From Marsupella aquatica (Eukaryota > Plantae > Marchantiophyta): a stretch of DNA of 64,000 nt. The notes beneath the pieces were generated by a model. That model had not been told where the DNA came from, made no database searches, and was given only the letters and a program-made list of their open reading frames with translations. Numbering within the stretch: the stretch's first letter is position 1; each line of letters starts with the position of its first letter. Location of the stretch: NCBI GenBank assembly GCA_973895155.1, contig OZ316891.1, positions 11,285,875-11,349,874 of the forward strand, in the 5' to 3' direction. The translations under genes and the position numbers were made by a program. Below are positions 1-12,836 of the stretch, in pieces.

Positions 1-1399
1 TCTGCTACTTGCCAAGTCTATTTCGACTTCTCTCTTGCAAGGATTCAAAGGAGTGTTCGACCAAGTTTGAGGGTGTGTCATCAGGTTCAATAACTTTAGT
101 GTGTGACAAATGTTGGCCGCTGATTTTGTTGGCAGCTCATCTCCCTCCTCAGGTTGGGTTGAAATGAATTGCACTCCTGATACGTACGCTTGAAAGCCCT
201 AGAAATAAAAACACATATAAGAAATCTCAATGGGTATGGCTACCTTGTTTGGGAGCCTACTGAAGTTACTTAATTTGTCCTATTGAGATTTTGTGTTTGT
301 GTTTTTGTTTTGAATTATTTTGTAAGATAACCATAAGGAACATAACCATGAAAGGCTTAGTTTACAAGGTTCCTTAGTTTTGGTTACCTTATGTTAATTA
401 AAGAACATCACCATCAAACCCAAACCCAACCACCCGACATTAGTGGATATCAATGTCATAAACCCGGAGGACGTTGCAAGAATTTTGTTAGTTAATTAAG
501 TTCATATGAAACCAAATTAAACTGTTCCTGAAGACCTGGACCCACGTATTGGTTATTGGTGAGAGTAAGGACTACCAGAATATATTTTATATAGAAAGCA
601 GGTGCAACTTTGATTTAATTTTATTTAATAATGAGAGTGGTTATGCTTTTGTTTGATTACACTTTTCTTCTATGTGAAAGTGATGTGTCCTTTGTGACTG
701 GCCCTTAGAGGAAAAGTAACTGGGAAGTCCAATATGGAAGTAAGAACCCAGTATGTTCTTGGTGGATGATCAACAATCCTGGGTCACGTCAATCCTATGG
801 TGGAAGAGGTCCAAATTCCATTCACCAATGATGACTACAATAATTTCCCACCGGGATAGAAATTTCCACTTGTACCCAATCTTTATCCTCTGGTTTTAAT
901 TGAGTTGTAGGGTGAGTAGGGAACTAAAGATGCATATGGTTGGCACAATATGCTTGCAGTGTTATTTTCAGATTAGAAAGGGAACAAATATAATTGACTT
1001 GTTGAGGAAGCACGGGTGGGCAAAGTTTTTATCAAATTTAAGTTTTTGAAAGTATTTAACTAACATTGGGGCACATTTGATTGATTATATTCTGAACTTT
1101 CTTGATATCTCAAGGAAATCATTTTTAGATCATAATTTAATATCTAGAATCAAATCTGAATAAAATAGTTTAACTACTTTAATGAAAAGGTTCAATCACA
1201 TAAAAAAAAGTTCTCGTCCTTCTGAAAATTTTCCAGGGAACCAAAAGAAACTTGTCGCTACTAGGGAAATAGTTTAGGGTTAGCCAAATTTTTTGCTTAG
1301 CGCGCCCTAACCTATTAGCCTTCAATCAATAAATAAAGTGGGTTTATTTATTTGTGGTGTTTGTTGGATTGTTCAGATGACAAGTATAACCACCTTATT

Positions 1400-4300
1400 C
1401 ACTACAACACTACCTACACCTTTTGCGAACTTGAAAGCATCGCAAACAACAAAGGAAATCAAAAAACAAAACTTGCCTTTGCGAAGTATTGCGCATCGCA
1501 ATAGAATCGCAAACTGCGAAGCCCAAAGGTTCGCATCCGGTCTTTCGCAAGACCTTCGCAACGCCTTCGCAACTTGCGACACTAATAGAATCACAAAGGA
1601 CTCACATTTAAGCGACTCCGTGGGTGTCGCGAGAGGCTTGCGATAATAATCAAGCAGTTCAATATTTGCAATCCCAGGAGTTTGGTAATATGTTTGCGAT
1701 ATTAAGTGAATGGTAGTTATGCCATGAAGATCGCTTCGCATTTTTGTGAACTTATGTGGTTTGCATAATGTTTGCGATACCTTCAGTATGGTAAATATGC
1801 GATTTGGGTTGTTCGCATAGGTTTCACAAGATGTCTTGAGGCTAGGGTTTAGATTTAGAGTTTTGAATTATGGTTGGGGTCTTGTTGTCCAACACGGAGA
1901 ATGAGGTCTGAATCAAAATTGCTTTATAGAAAATTGATAGGTACACAAAAATTAGGGTTTCCTAAACCCTAAACCCTAGATGGGTGTCATATGACAAGCT
2001 AGGTCCCTATAAGACTACCCATATCAAAACTATATACTACGCTAAGTAAATGGGCATCCCATAGGCACTACACCACCAAGCTCTAGAATGGGGTCCTCCT
2101 ACTCCTTGTCGTCGGCCTCTTCCCCTTGTCCCTCTTGCGACGATCCGGACGTGGCACAGGAGGTGGTGCTGGCTGCTCCTCCACATCTGGTTCCTCCTCG
2201 TCCTCGTTCTCATCCTCTTCCTCCCCCTCCTGCTGGGAAACTCCTCCTACTGGTCCAGATCCACTACTCTCTCCTACCTTGGGCCCCTTTGTCGTGGTCC
2301 CCTCATTGTTCTCATCGGTGCTGCTGGTATCACTGGCATCCTCATCATCCTGTTTGCACAGCACAACACCAAATTGGTTTAGGTTTACAGAATGAAAAGA
2401 TAAGTGGATTGGGTGGGAAAAACTGAAGGGGATACATGCACTTACAGTCGCCAACTCTGTGTCAACCAAGTCAAAGAGATGTTTGGCTCCATGCGCAGCT
2501 CCTATCTCCATCTCTTTTGCTGTTATCTTCCTGCGGTACCTCTTATACTACCACAACCAAACATTGCAAAACCAAAATCGATCGAGGTTAGTATGCTATA
2601 AACCCAAGAAAAATGCATGGAGGTGCTAATAGGGTGCCCCCTAACACAAAATTGGGCTCAATAACCCTTAGCGGTATTTTTTAAACATAATACACACTTG
2701 CGAAACTCCCCACTTCGCAAATTCAAATAAATTGGCTGCTTGCGAAGTAGTTTGTGAAGCGGGTTAGTTCGCAATAGCTTCGCATCTACAACTTTAAAAA
2801 ATGCCATGATAGACTTTGCGAAACATTTGCGAAGCAACCCGCATCGCAAAAGCTTCGCAAACTCTGTTTTTAAAAAATTCCAAGAAATCTCTAAGGCACG
2901 CAATGTGTCAGGGTGACCTAAAGTACAAGGCAGGCCGTAAGAAAGAAACAAGAGGTATGCAGGGGGGCATTGCAGGTTTGGATAGCAATTGAAAGCAAAG
3001 AAACAGAAGCAGGGGAGGAGAGGGCCCACTCACAAAGTGTGCTTTGAGGCCGGGAAGTCCACCTTGGCCCATCTTGTGCGTGGTCTTGGGCCGTTTGCTG
3101 ACTCGCTCAGCTGCAAGGATGAATTTTTGGGGTGGTGCCCCCACTTCATCCACAATGTGCTGCATGTGAGACACCTTCTCAGCCATTGCCTTGAGGTCTC
3201 GGTCGGACTTCTCGGCCTGCTGTGCCTTGGCTTCCATCTCCTTCCAAAAGAGAAGGTTCCTGGCAGCTCTCATCTGCACCTCCACTTTGTAAAAGGCATT
3301 CCACACGTCCTCAGTGAATTGCAGTGGCCTCCTCACGTTTCTGTACTCCTCCGAGTTTGCCAGGTAGGCCCTTACCTTCTTCCTATCATGGTACCGTGCT
3401 TGAGACATTGAATTGGAAATTCTATCTGCAAGCCACTGTTCATCAATCTCTGCTCCATTTCGAAATGAATCTTTGATTTGACTCATTACTTTCTTCTGGT
3501 CTGCCTTGCTGAGTTTCCCCCACTCAACTCCTCGTGCAAAATTGGAGCGCACCATAAGCCTGATAGTGCTCTTTGCCCCGGTGTAGGCCAGTTCAGTAGG
3601 AATGCCTTCGATCAAGGCAATCATAGGCAGCTTCTTCCTCTCTTCCTCCTTCTTTCGCTGCTCCTCCCGCTGTGCTCTTATCTCATCTCGTTCCTCTCTC
3701 CTCCTCTTCTTTTCTAGGGTAGCAGGTGAGACTACTCCTGCCTTGGCCCTCTCCTCCTTCTTACGCTTCTTCTCTCTTGCCTTCTGTTGAGCTGCACTCC
3801 TTTGCTCCTCCTCCCTTGCAATGTTCCCTGCATCTACTCTCGTTTGCAAGGCTTGCCCTAGGATTGCACTCAAAGAAGCAATCCCTGCTGGTGTAGTCAA
3901 ATCTAAGTGGCTCAACTATGCTGCATTGAGGTGCTCAGCCATCAAATCGGTCCATCGATTCCTCTCCTGCTCCCCATTGCCTTCATTCCCATTGCCGCTG
4001 TCACTCACCCCTGCCCCATCACCTCCATTTGCTCCACTGGAATCCATAGCTAAGCCACCCCCCGAGCGCGCGCGAGCTCCCTTCTCCCTCCCTACGCTTG
4101 AAATTTTTCAAATGCCGCTGAGTACGCCACGGCCGAGTGCAAAAGTACAAGCGGGAAAGACTTGCGAAGCAACCCGTTTTGCAAGTTGCGATCCTTCTAG
4201 TTTCGCATGTAGTTTCTCAATTTTGCGAAACCATTGTGATGTGAAAGGCTTCACAACACCTTTGCTCTCTCGCAGAAATGCTCTCGGGCTCTGTTTTTCT

Positions 4301-4400
4301 GAAGGTCGTGCGAAAGCAGCAGCTTCGCAAAACTCAATTCTAATTTGTGATGGTATTTGCGAAGGAAGCGGCTTCGCAAGACATTGGCAACTCGTCCTGG
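1400..4400 (-). mobile_element. Truncated CACTA/En-Spm element (family with CACTACAACA terminus)
   Basis: Terminus CACTACAACA at 1400. Dense TTCGCA/TGCGAA subterminal motifs at 1420-1830, 2690-2870 and 4160-4380. Contains a TnpA-like gene. No matching right TIR found, so the right boundary is approximate. Confidence 0.75.
2083..4047 (-). pseudogene. CACTA TnpA-like (Ptta/En/Spm, Transposase_24-type) gene with premature stop
   Basis: ATG at 4047 (MDSSGANGGDG...) is in frame with ORF 2908..3915 across a single TAG at 3916-3918. Motifs RPLQFTEDVWNAF and THKMGQGG resemble TnpA-type proteins. GTGAGT donor near 3030. Acidic/basic last exon ends at 2083. Confidence 0.65.
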
Positions 4401-6465
4401 GGGGAATGTTGGTTTCATTTGAAAGGGTTTTTTTCAAAGGTGAAGTGGACCCCTCTATACTCATATTTGGAATGCTTTTTGGCCATGTTTTGGGTGTTAG
4501 ATAATAGTTGACGGAAAGTCCAGCTAAGGGCAGCCCTCAATTTGACAAAGGAAGCCCCTCTTTTGCAAAGTCTTCTCTTAATCTTCCCCACAAGCAATCA
4601 TGATAGCCCCCTTGTGCATAATGGGCACCCTAAATTTTGGCGAGGAAGCATGTCGTACACAAAGGTGCCGCTCGATTTGGTGTGGAAGTCCCTCCTTAAT
4701 TTGCAAAGTGTGGAGTTTGTGAAAGGATTCTTAGTGACCATTTTTGAGTCTCTAGTTTTGTGAGTGTCCATTCTTTAGACGTTAGGTAAACAATGTTTCT
4801 GCCCGGGCGATTTGGAAATTTGCTAAAAAATTCATGAATTATTATCTTTTTAGACTATGTGGCCATTACATTCAAGTACGTAACTATACAACCTTTTAAT
4901 GGTAAAAAAAGTATCCATTTTGAAATAATCTCATAATGTTCACTGTACAGCCGCCACCATAACAATTAATACATCTAAAGAGAAAGTTGGTTTTAATGAA
5001 TCTAGTTGTGATTTATAAAATGGAGTTATGTACATGGGCACGAGCGTGTAACTTGTACCTTGTTGTTGGTGCCACTGTCCATTGCTCACTTTGTGCGCCC
5101 CACTCTTGTCAATTATTTTATTCAGGGAGACAAGTCCCTGTTTTGTCATTAAATGCATCTTGGTTTTCCCCCACACCTCACTGGAAGACTCTCCTTGTTT
5201 TTGTGTCCCACTTTTTTCAGGCCAGCTTTTTTGGGTCCCCTGGCTGCCCCTGCCCATCCCATGCTTGGGCAGCCCTTAAAACCTCGCCCTTTTTGGTAAC
5301 CCCTTTATTTCTATTTTAAATAATAGGTTCTCTGGCCCGCTCTCTGGTCATTAGTCAGATTTTTCTGACTGTATTTTTTGAAAGTTTGAAACATGGAAAT
5401 AAAACCCAAGACCAAAGAGCCAAATAAGACGAGAGTAGTCACCAATTGCAAGAAGAACTAAACCCTCCCTACAATTTTTTTTTCAGGCAGGAATTCCTCT
5501 CAGCATTGAGTGTGGTTGCATTGAGGCCTCTTTTGTAGGAACAAAATTATCTCAGATTCCAGAAAAGAACTATCTGGTTGAAGGAGAATGTATATGTGAC
5601 ATTTCCAAAGAACAAAAAATGTCAAACCAGGAAACAGGATACCAAAGGCAAGTGACTCAATAATGGGGTGAAAACATTAGCCTAACCTCTGTAAGATTAA
5701 AGAGCCAAAATAAGCCTGAGTCCAAACAACTGCAAAAATGACTAAAATAACTACAACCCTACAGACAAAACTTTCTGGCATGAATCAAAGGATGTCAAAA
5801 AGTCTGGTTTGGTTGAGAAATGGAGTTGAGAAAAGACAAAGAAAGGAATTTCATGGCAGAAACTAAACGATCACAAAAAGTGCCAGCGCGCAAAATACTT
5901 GATGGGTCCCCTCTAGGTAAAGATAATCGTGACTAGCCCCTCACTTTTCAAATGTACTTAATGGGGCCCCTTGTCCCTGCAACCCTTTCTCATGACCTGT
6001 GTGAGTCTTTTCTGCATTTTTTAATTGTAACATAATCCTACAATTATCTACATCAGTCCACACTAGAAGAAAACAGGGCCCTTTATGACCAATCACCCAA
6101 TGACAGAGATGAATAAATGACCAAAAGTTTTAATGACACAAAAAGAATGACAGGGGAATGACTGTCCACAATGACCAATAGACTGAAATGACAAAATGTT
6201 AATTTTTTCGTCATTTTGTATAATGTCTATAATGACTGATGCGACCAAAATGACCCAATTTCCCTAAATGGTCAATTTAGACACATGTCTTAAATGACAC
6301 AATTAATAACAAAAATGATAAATCAGTGTTTAGCAACATTATAGTCACTCTTGACAATGACTAAAATGACTAAAAATCTATTTGGATCATTTTGGACAAC
6401 GATGATAAATGACAAAAAATGTATTATCGTCATTTTAACCAACGGTGTTAAATGACAAAATTTAG

Positions 6466-6880
6466 GGTCAATCTGAAAATGAGAATATATCAGTGTTTAC
6501 AACAACATATTGTCATTATGGACTTCTGCCATAAATGATTAACTCTAAGGTCAATCTTGAAATTAGGACATATCAGTGTTTACAAGAACATACCGTCATT
6601 ATGGACTTCTCTCATAAATGACTAACTCTAGGGTCAATCTTGAAATTAGGACATATCAGTGTTTACAAGAACATACCGTCATTATGGACTTCTCTCATAA
6701 ATGACTAACTCCACACTCAATTTTGAAATTAGGATATATTGGTGTTTTCAACAACATACTGTCATTATGGACTTGTCACATAAATGACTAAATATAGGGT
6801 CAATCTAAAAATCAGGATATATCAATGTTTACAATAACATACAACCATTATGGACTTATTGCATAAATGACTACTTATAG
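6466..6880. repeat. Subterminal tandem array, 5 x 83 bp
   Basis: Unit GGTCAATCTTGAAATTAGGACATATCAGTGTTTACAAGAACATACCGTCATTATGGACTT... starts at 6466, 6549, 6632, 6715 and 6798. Confidence 0.9.
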
Positions 6881-7154
6881 AGTCATTAAAGAACCCAAGA
6901 GATATGAAGATTAAAATACTCAATAGTCATTCCAGACACCTATCATAATTGTAGAGTCATACACCTTTGGAGTGATTTTCAAGAAGTGTCATCATATATA
7001 GATGCGCGCATACTATCGTATCCATGGGGCAAATGAAACCTTTTTGTCTCTCCAAGAAGTAGGGCAATACCAATGGAAGGTTGTAATCCTTTGTTGTAAT
7101 TGTGTCATGTTTGTGCCGGTGTTTGGACGGGGAATATTTTAATTTGCAAATAAA

Positions 7155-8480
7155 TGCATGCATACCATCACATCCAAAGGCAAATAAAAGTTTTTTTTGG
7201 TTCTCCAAGAGGTAGTGCTGCCCCAATGGAATGGGCAGGGGAGTCATGCTTCTCAGTATGGTGTGGGTGCAGGTTTAGGGAAGAGGAATATTCCAATCTT
7301 GCAAGGAATCTAGAGCTGGCTCTCTTTGGAGGTACTAGGGCCTTTATTGGGTCATATGTGAGCAATGGCCCGTCATAAATGCCAATGACTAAAAGTAGGG
7401 TCATTAAAATTGTCATATGGAGAGTCATATCAGTCTAATGACTGGATTTGTGGTCATTTGAGGGGTCCCTTATGTAGTCATTAAGGAAAAGCACAAATGA
7501 CCATTTTGGGGCTAGGGGCTTGAGGTGGGCCCTAGAGTGCCATGGGGCCCCACATAGAGGTGAGAACCCCTCCACTAGGTGCGGGACACTATACTCATCA
7601 TTGTCCAACCACTAGTTGCGACATAAACACTTTGGACACATGTTTTTGTGTTTACTCAAGGCATGATGCACCTTTGGGGAAATCACTCCCAAGTCGTACG
7701 ACTTTGGAGTGATTTGCCAAAAGTGTCACCATGGATGCATACCATCACATCCAAAGGCAAATAAAAGTTATTTTGTGGTTCTCCAAGAGGTGGTGCTGCA
7801 CGAATGGAATGGGCAGGGGAGTCGTGCTTCCCTGTATGGTGTGGGTGCGGGTTTAGGGAAGAGGAATATTCTAACCTTGCAAGGAATCTATTGGGGGCTC
7901 TCTTTGGAGGTACTAGGGCCTTCATTGGGTCATATGTGACCAACGGACCGTCATAAATGCCAGTGACTACAAGTAGGGTCATTACAACTGTCATATGGGC
8001 AGTCATATAAGTCTAATGACTACAGTTGTGGTCATTTGTGTGGTCCCTTGTGCAGTCATTAAACAAAAGCACAAATGACAGGTTTGGGGCTAGGGGCTGA
8101 ATGTAAGAATGAGTGCCACGCGGTCCCACATAGAGCTCACCACCGTTCCACGAGGTGGGGGATACAATACTTTCTATTCCACCACTAGTTGCAGCATAAT
8201 AAATGTTCAGACATGTTTTTGCGTTTAGGGAAGGCATTATGGAGCACTACAAGAGGAGCATAATTTCATTGGGTCATTTTGGATTAAGGGTATTCATTAA
8301 TGCCAATGACTGAAGTGAGGGTCATTGGCACCGTCATTTTGCATGTCATATAATTCAAATGTTGTGTCATAAAAACCAATTTTGACTACAAATAGTGTCA
8401 TTGAAATGGTCATATTAAGTGTCATATAAGACAAATTATTGGACATTTGGTCATTTAAGTGGTCCCTTGTGCAGTCATTG
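7155..8480. repeat. Tandem duplication of ~580 bp plus a partial third copy within the CACTA 5' region
   Basis: ATGCATACCATCACATCCAAAGGCAAATAAAAG... occurs at ~7158 and ~7735 and the copies continue colinearly. Partial copy at ~8290-8480. Confidence 0.85.
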
Positions 8481-9087
8481 GGGTTGTCATGAATTAAAAA
8501 ATGACATAGTATATCACATATTATCACATCTGAATGTGTAATTCCTTGGACCCAAATTTTTTGGGGCCCCATAAGTGCTAATCAAAATAGTACATATATG
8601 GTATACCATATCATTCAATACTATAATAAACTTCACTATTTTCCTTAAATAAGAGAGTTCACACAAATTATTAACACGTTTTAATCGATGTGTGATTATT
8701 GCCAGGCCGATTTTAGAGTAGGGGTAATAGTTGATCGTGACATGAACAAAATGGTGCGTCTTTGGCAATGACAAAAAATTGAGATCTAATGACTGCAACT
8801 AGTGGTTGTTTTAGACCGAAGTCATACCGAAGTAGGGGTTCTCTTTTTAATTATCAGGACCTTATATAATGTCATTGTGGTATGATATGGGAGGACTCCT
8901 ATAAGAAATCACCAGAAATGACCTTATTTGGCCCGGGGCTGCCTATGGGTGGGAGGTGGGCTTCCCTTGAGTTAAAGTTTAGATGGGGGTGTAGAGTCAT
9001 TTAGGGTTTAGGGTATTGTGGCCTTATGGGGGTCAGGACATTTTTAGGAGTTTTAGGGTAAGTGAATTACCCTATTGTGTGTGTCGT

Positions 9088-9933
9088 TTAAGCCCATCCA
9101 ACGGTAAACATGACCGGGTTTAGGGGGCGACATTGTTTCCAGCACAAGTGTTCACCATTCGCGCGAGGGCCCTTTTTCCCGAAAACCATCGATCTGCTAC
9201 GTTGAATGTCGTGGTTTCTTGGTGTGCACATATCAGTTTCCGAGCGGAGTGCTCTCACCTTTAGGGTTGCACAAAGTTTAAGTGCTCTTGGGACTTTATC
9301 ACTGCGCTGCGTAACGTCGGGCAAGCATTGGGCGAGGCATTGTTTGAGTGAAGCCTTGGACCTGGACCCTAAACTATTGACCATTTGCATGCTTTAGAGG
9401 AGGAGCTCCGACCCGAAGCCATTCAGGCTGCCATTGTTTTTGAGTGTGTTGCGCACATTCGGCAGAGCACCTCGGTAGGACTTGGGCGCTACATGTTTCC
9501 AGGAGCTTTGATTGATTGGCATTGCAATAGCTTCTTTACATTTCCTCCAAGTTGCGGGTGAGGAGCGGAGGACGTGCTGCAAGCGGAGGACGAGCGGAGA
9601 GCGGAGGACGAGCGGAGAGCGGAGGACGAGCTCGGGCTGCCAGCGGAGGACGAGCGGAGGGCTGAGCTGCGAGCAGAGGATGAGTTGCAAGCCGAGGACG
9701 AGCGGAGAGCGAAGGACGAGCTCGGGCTGCAAGCGGAGGACGAGCGGAGGCTGAGCTGCGAGCGGAGGACGAGCTCGGGCTGAGCTGCGAGCAGAGGATG
9801 AGCTGCGAGCGGAGGACGAGTTCCCCTCCATCTCCATTCGTAGAGTGAGCTTCTTGTCTTTTTGGGACTTTAATTGGGAGTCAAGCTTCTCATTTCCCAC
9901 GAAGAGATTTGTTCTACTGCATGCTAATGCCAC
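9088..9933 (-). pseudogene. Antisense cargo ORF of unknown function with low-complexity repeats
   Basis: ORFs 9394..9933 and 9088..9390 are in the same frame, separated by one stop. Contains the GAGCGGAGGAC minisatellite. No recognisable domain. Confidence 0.3.
9560..9820. repeat. GC-rich minisatellite (GAGCGGAGGACGAGC / GGGCTGC modules)
   Basis: About a dozen near-identical copies of (G/A)AGCGGAGGAC interleaved with GAGCTCGGGCTGC and GAGCTGC. Confidence 0.9.
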
Positions 9934-12176
9934 CGCGTTTCATTCTGTGACACTGAATTTTCTCTTCTAGAGCCTGTAGAGCGTCCACATCTAGAGACAG
10001 ATTTCTTCTGTTGAACACCAATAAAAATCCCGTTCCATTCTACTCACAATAATCTAGGGCTGTTGGGAGAAATGCAGAGTGAGTTCTATTGCTGATTTGT
10101 AGTCTATTTCTGGGCACTATGCTTGGTCTGTCAATTGCCAACTGTGCTTGTCTGTTATAGTTTGTGGAATTTGATTTGAATGGTGAAAAGCACACTCTCT
10201 GGATGAAAGTGCCGGCTAAGCGTAGACTGAGCGTTTCATATACGTTTGATTGATATTCCATTTTGATTGCACAATTCATTTGTTGCGGATCCCTACGAGT
10301 GCATTTTCTATTTGTTATTCTCTGCCCCTCAGCACCAAGATCGTTTCCTCAGATCTCAATTCAGCCGTTCGTTGGTGTGAAACATGACTACTGTTGCTCC
10401 TCTCGGTTTCATCCATGCCTGAACGTAGCAATCGGCAGCCATGAAGGTGGGGCCATCACCATTTTCACAATCCATCCAACTAGTAATGTTCGCTCAACGG
10501 CAACCTTAAGTTGTGGCAATTGTGGTACTGTGGACTTTACTGACAAACACATCGGAGAATTTTTGGACACCCTAAAGTGCACTTCCTCTTCTACTTAAAA
10601 ATTCAAGCCCTAAGATAATTTCCTTATCTTTGACAAAATAAGAATGGTGATATTGATGTGCGAGCGGAGTAACTATGTGCTCTGTTGTGGGGTAAGTTCA
10701 TTCATACCAAGGGGCCAGCTAGCGCACTGCCAACAGCATACAATCCATGCATGGGGAGTGCCAAGCCAATCTAGAGCATTAATTTGAGCATTGTTTTGCT
10801 CTGTATGAGCGACCAGGCCGTCTAGCAAGTACTTTGCTTCATAACAATTGTAAAAGATTCTCAACAGACATTGGCTCTATCCATGCATGAGGAAAAAGGC
10901 AATGTAGAGCATTAATTTGAGGATTTGTTTTCCTCTGAATGAGTGAGCTGCGATTGAACAATGTAAGTACTAGTAAGTACTAGACTACTTGCTAACCCTT
11001 GCTGGAAAATCTGCGTCAAACATCTGTTCCCACAATCCAAATCTGCGTATGTTGGATCTCTGTTGCGCTCTACTTTCTTTCACAGATTTTTTTGTCTCTT
11101 CCATTTCCTTTCTTGCATCTGAAGTCCGAGGACCATACTAGTTATCAATGTGCCAAAGACTTCTCATTTCTTCACTTTTCGTCTCCCTGCCGTTGGCACT
11201 TTCAGCAACTTTTTTTTTACTGAAGAGAAGTGCAGGCATGTATGGTGAATCCTCACTGGATTCCAGCAGTGACTCTGTAGAATTCTGTCGCCAAAAAGTT
11301 TCAGAGTTTCGTGTGTGGTTTGCCAACTGCTGTGCCACCTCAGAGAATTCCTCAGTGGCTTTTGTACAAGCCTTGCTCTTCAACTATGGTAATTTACAAC
11401 TAACTGTCTGACGTTCACACATGATTTCCTTTGGTCTGCAAACTGGACAAAACTAAACTAAAATCAGCTTGGTCAATTTTAAATTCTTCGTAAGGGTCTC
11501 TGACAGCAGCCCGGTAATGCCACGACTGCACGAAGATAGAGTACGGTGCAGCTTTTGAAAAAGTGGGTGGACCAGCAACTTGTTGAGAGTAAAGCAACTT
11601 ATGGTTCTCTAACAGATGTGTGCAGCAACTTAAGATGTAGAAGGCACGCAATAAAACTTGATTTTTACAGATTTAAAAAAGGGCAGGGTGATTGAGCACT
11701 GCATAATGAACTTACTGGTCCGAATCTTGATTTGATTTCACTGCTAAAATTTGTATCTCTTGCCTGAGTCCCAGTTCGCTGGAGTTTTGTTGCTCTCTGT
11801 GCTTTGTTGTGCACATTGTTGTGTTTGCTCTGTCCATTTTAAAACTTGAGAGCCAAATGAATGCTTTGCTGAAACTCAATTGCTATTTGTTCTGTGTTGC
11901 CCTTATAGATTTTAAAAAGGCAGGGTGAGTGAGCACTGCTGTACAGGAAGCGAAGGCATACAGGTTGCAATATTTGTGATTGCTTCCAATCATAGGCCAA
12001 GGTTATTTGCACTGCTCAGTCCTAAATGCTTTGCCATCCATAAAGCATTGGTTTGTGCTGCACCCTTGTGGTTACATGTCATATTTTATGCTGCACCCTC
12101 ATTCTTGTGTGTCATGCTGCACTCTATTATTCCTTCTTGTTTCACAATCTGATGTAGGGTCTGAGTGTGCAGGACC

Positions 12177-12836
12177 ATGGCTCGCAATAAGCAGAAGGCC
12201 ATGAATCGTTGCAGAGGTGAATCCTCTCAAGCACCTCAATTGTCCTTATACTCAGACATTGAGATTAACCAGAATAGTCCACATGTATGTGCGATTTGTG
12301 ATGAGGGAGGGGATCTCATTGTTTGTGATGGGCCTTGCCACCGACATTTCCATAAGAATGTTTCCTGTCCTTTGGGTCAGCAATGGCTATGTCCAACTAT
12401 ATCCCTGGCTGATGGCCATGTTGGAGAATGGCTTTGTGTTGATTGCAAGAATGAGGAACATTCTTGCTTTAAGTGCCATGTGTCTGGAAAAATGGGTGAA
12501 GAGGTAAGAAAATGTCCAGACCCTCTCTGTGCCCGGTTTTACTGTCAGCAGTGTTTGGTTCCTGGCACAGCATCATGTGGACTCCATATTTGTCTTACTT
12601 GTGGACAGGGGCCCAATGATGGGGCTAATAGCTTTTTGGTTCAGTGCATGAGGTGTCCTAAGGCATGGCACAAGGACTGCCTGCTATTTATCCAGCAGAG
12701 GGGATTTGCCCATGATCGGACAATTTGGGATCACTCAGCGCATGGGCAGCCCAAGAAGGGGATGTTTTACTGTCCTGACCATGACATTGACCCTACACTA
12801 GGCACTCCTGCTAGGAGTCACATATCTTGGATTTGA
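12177..12836 (+). CDS. Stand-alone EDM2-like multi-PHD zinc-finger protein (219 aa) carried by the CACTA
   Basis: VCAICDEGGDLIVCDGPCHRHFH...WLCVDC..HSCFKC...CPDPLCARFY...CGLHICLTC...VQCMRCPKAWHKDCL...RTIWD...FYCPDHDIDPTLGTPARSHISW follows the Cys/His spacing and C-terminal YC..H.ID..L.TP.R.H motif of the EDM2/NSD-type PHD cassette. ORF is uninterrupted, with ATG in ACCATGG context downstream of polypyrimidine/AG acceptors. Confidence 0.85.
   Translation: MARNKQKAMNRCRGESSQAPQLSLYSDIEINQNSPHVCAICDEGGDLIVCDGPCHRHFHKNVSCPLGQQWLCPTISLADGHVGEWLCVDCKNEEHSCFKCHVSGKMGEEVRKCPDPLCARFYCQQCLVPGTASCGLHICLTCGQGPNDGANSFLVQCMRCPKAWHKDCLLFIQQRGFAHDRTIWDHSAHGQPKKGMFYCPDHDIDPTLGTPARSHISWI

Noticed and set aside
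1930-2000. AAACCCT/TTAGGG telomere-like motifs
   Set aside because: Only a few scattered copies (telo-box-like), not an interstitial telomeric array.
3821-4504. 227-aa plus-strand ORF
   Set aside because: Antisense to the TnpA-like gene and runs through subterminal-type repeats. No domain.
6466-6880. Regularly spaced repeats resembling a CRISPR array
   Set aside because: Whole 83-bp units repeat with no unique spacers. Eukaryotic TE subterminal context and no cas genes.
9512-9783. Plus-strand (AEDERR)n and (RRTSG)n ORFs
   Set aside because: Stop-free frames generated by the minisatellite.
12177-12836. Calling the PHD ORF the host EDM2 or an NSD/ASHR3 methyltransferase gene
   Set aside because: No SET or methyltransferase-like domain, stop directly after the cassette, and it lies inside TE boundaries.
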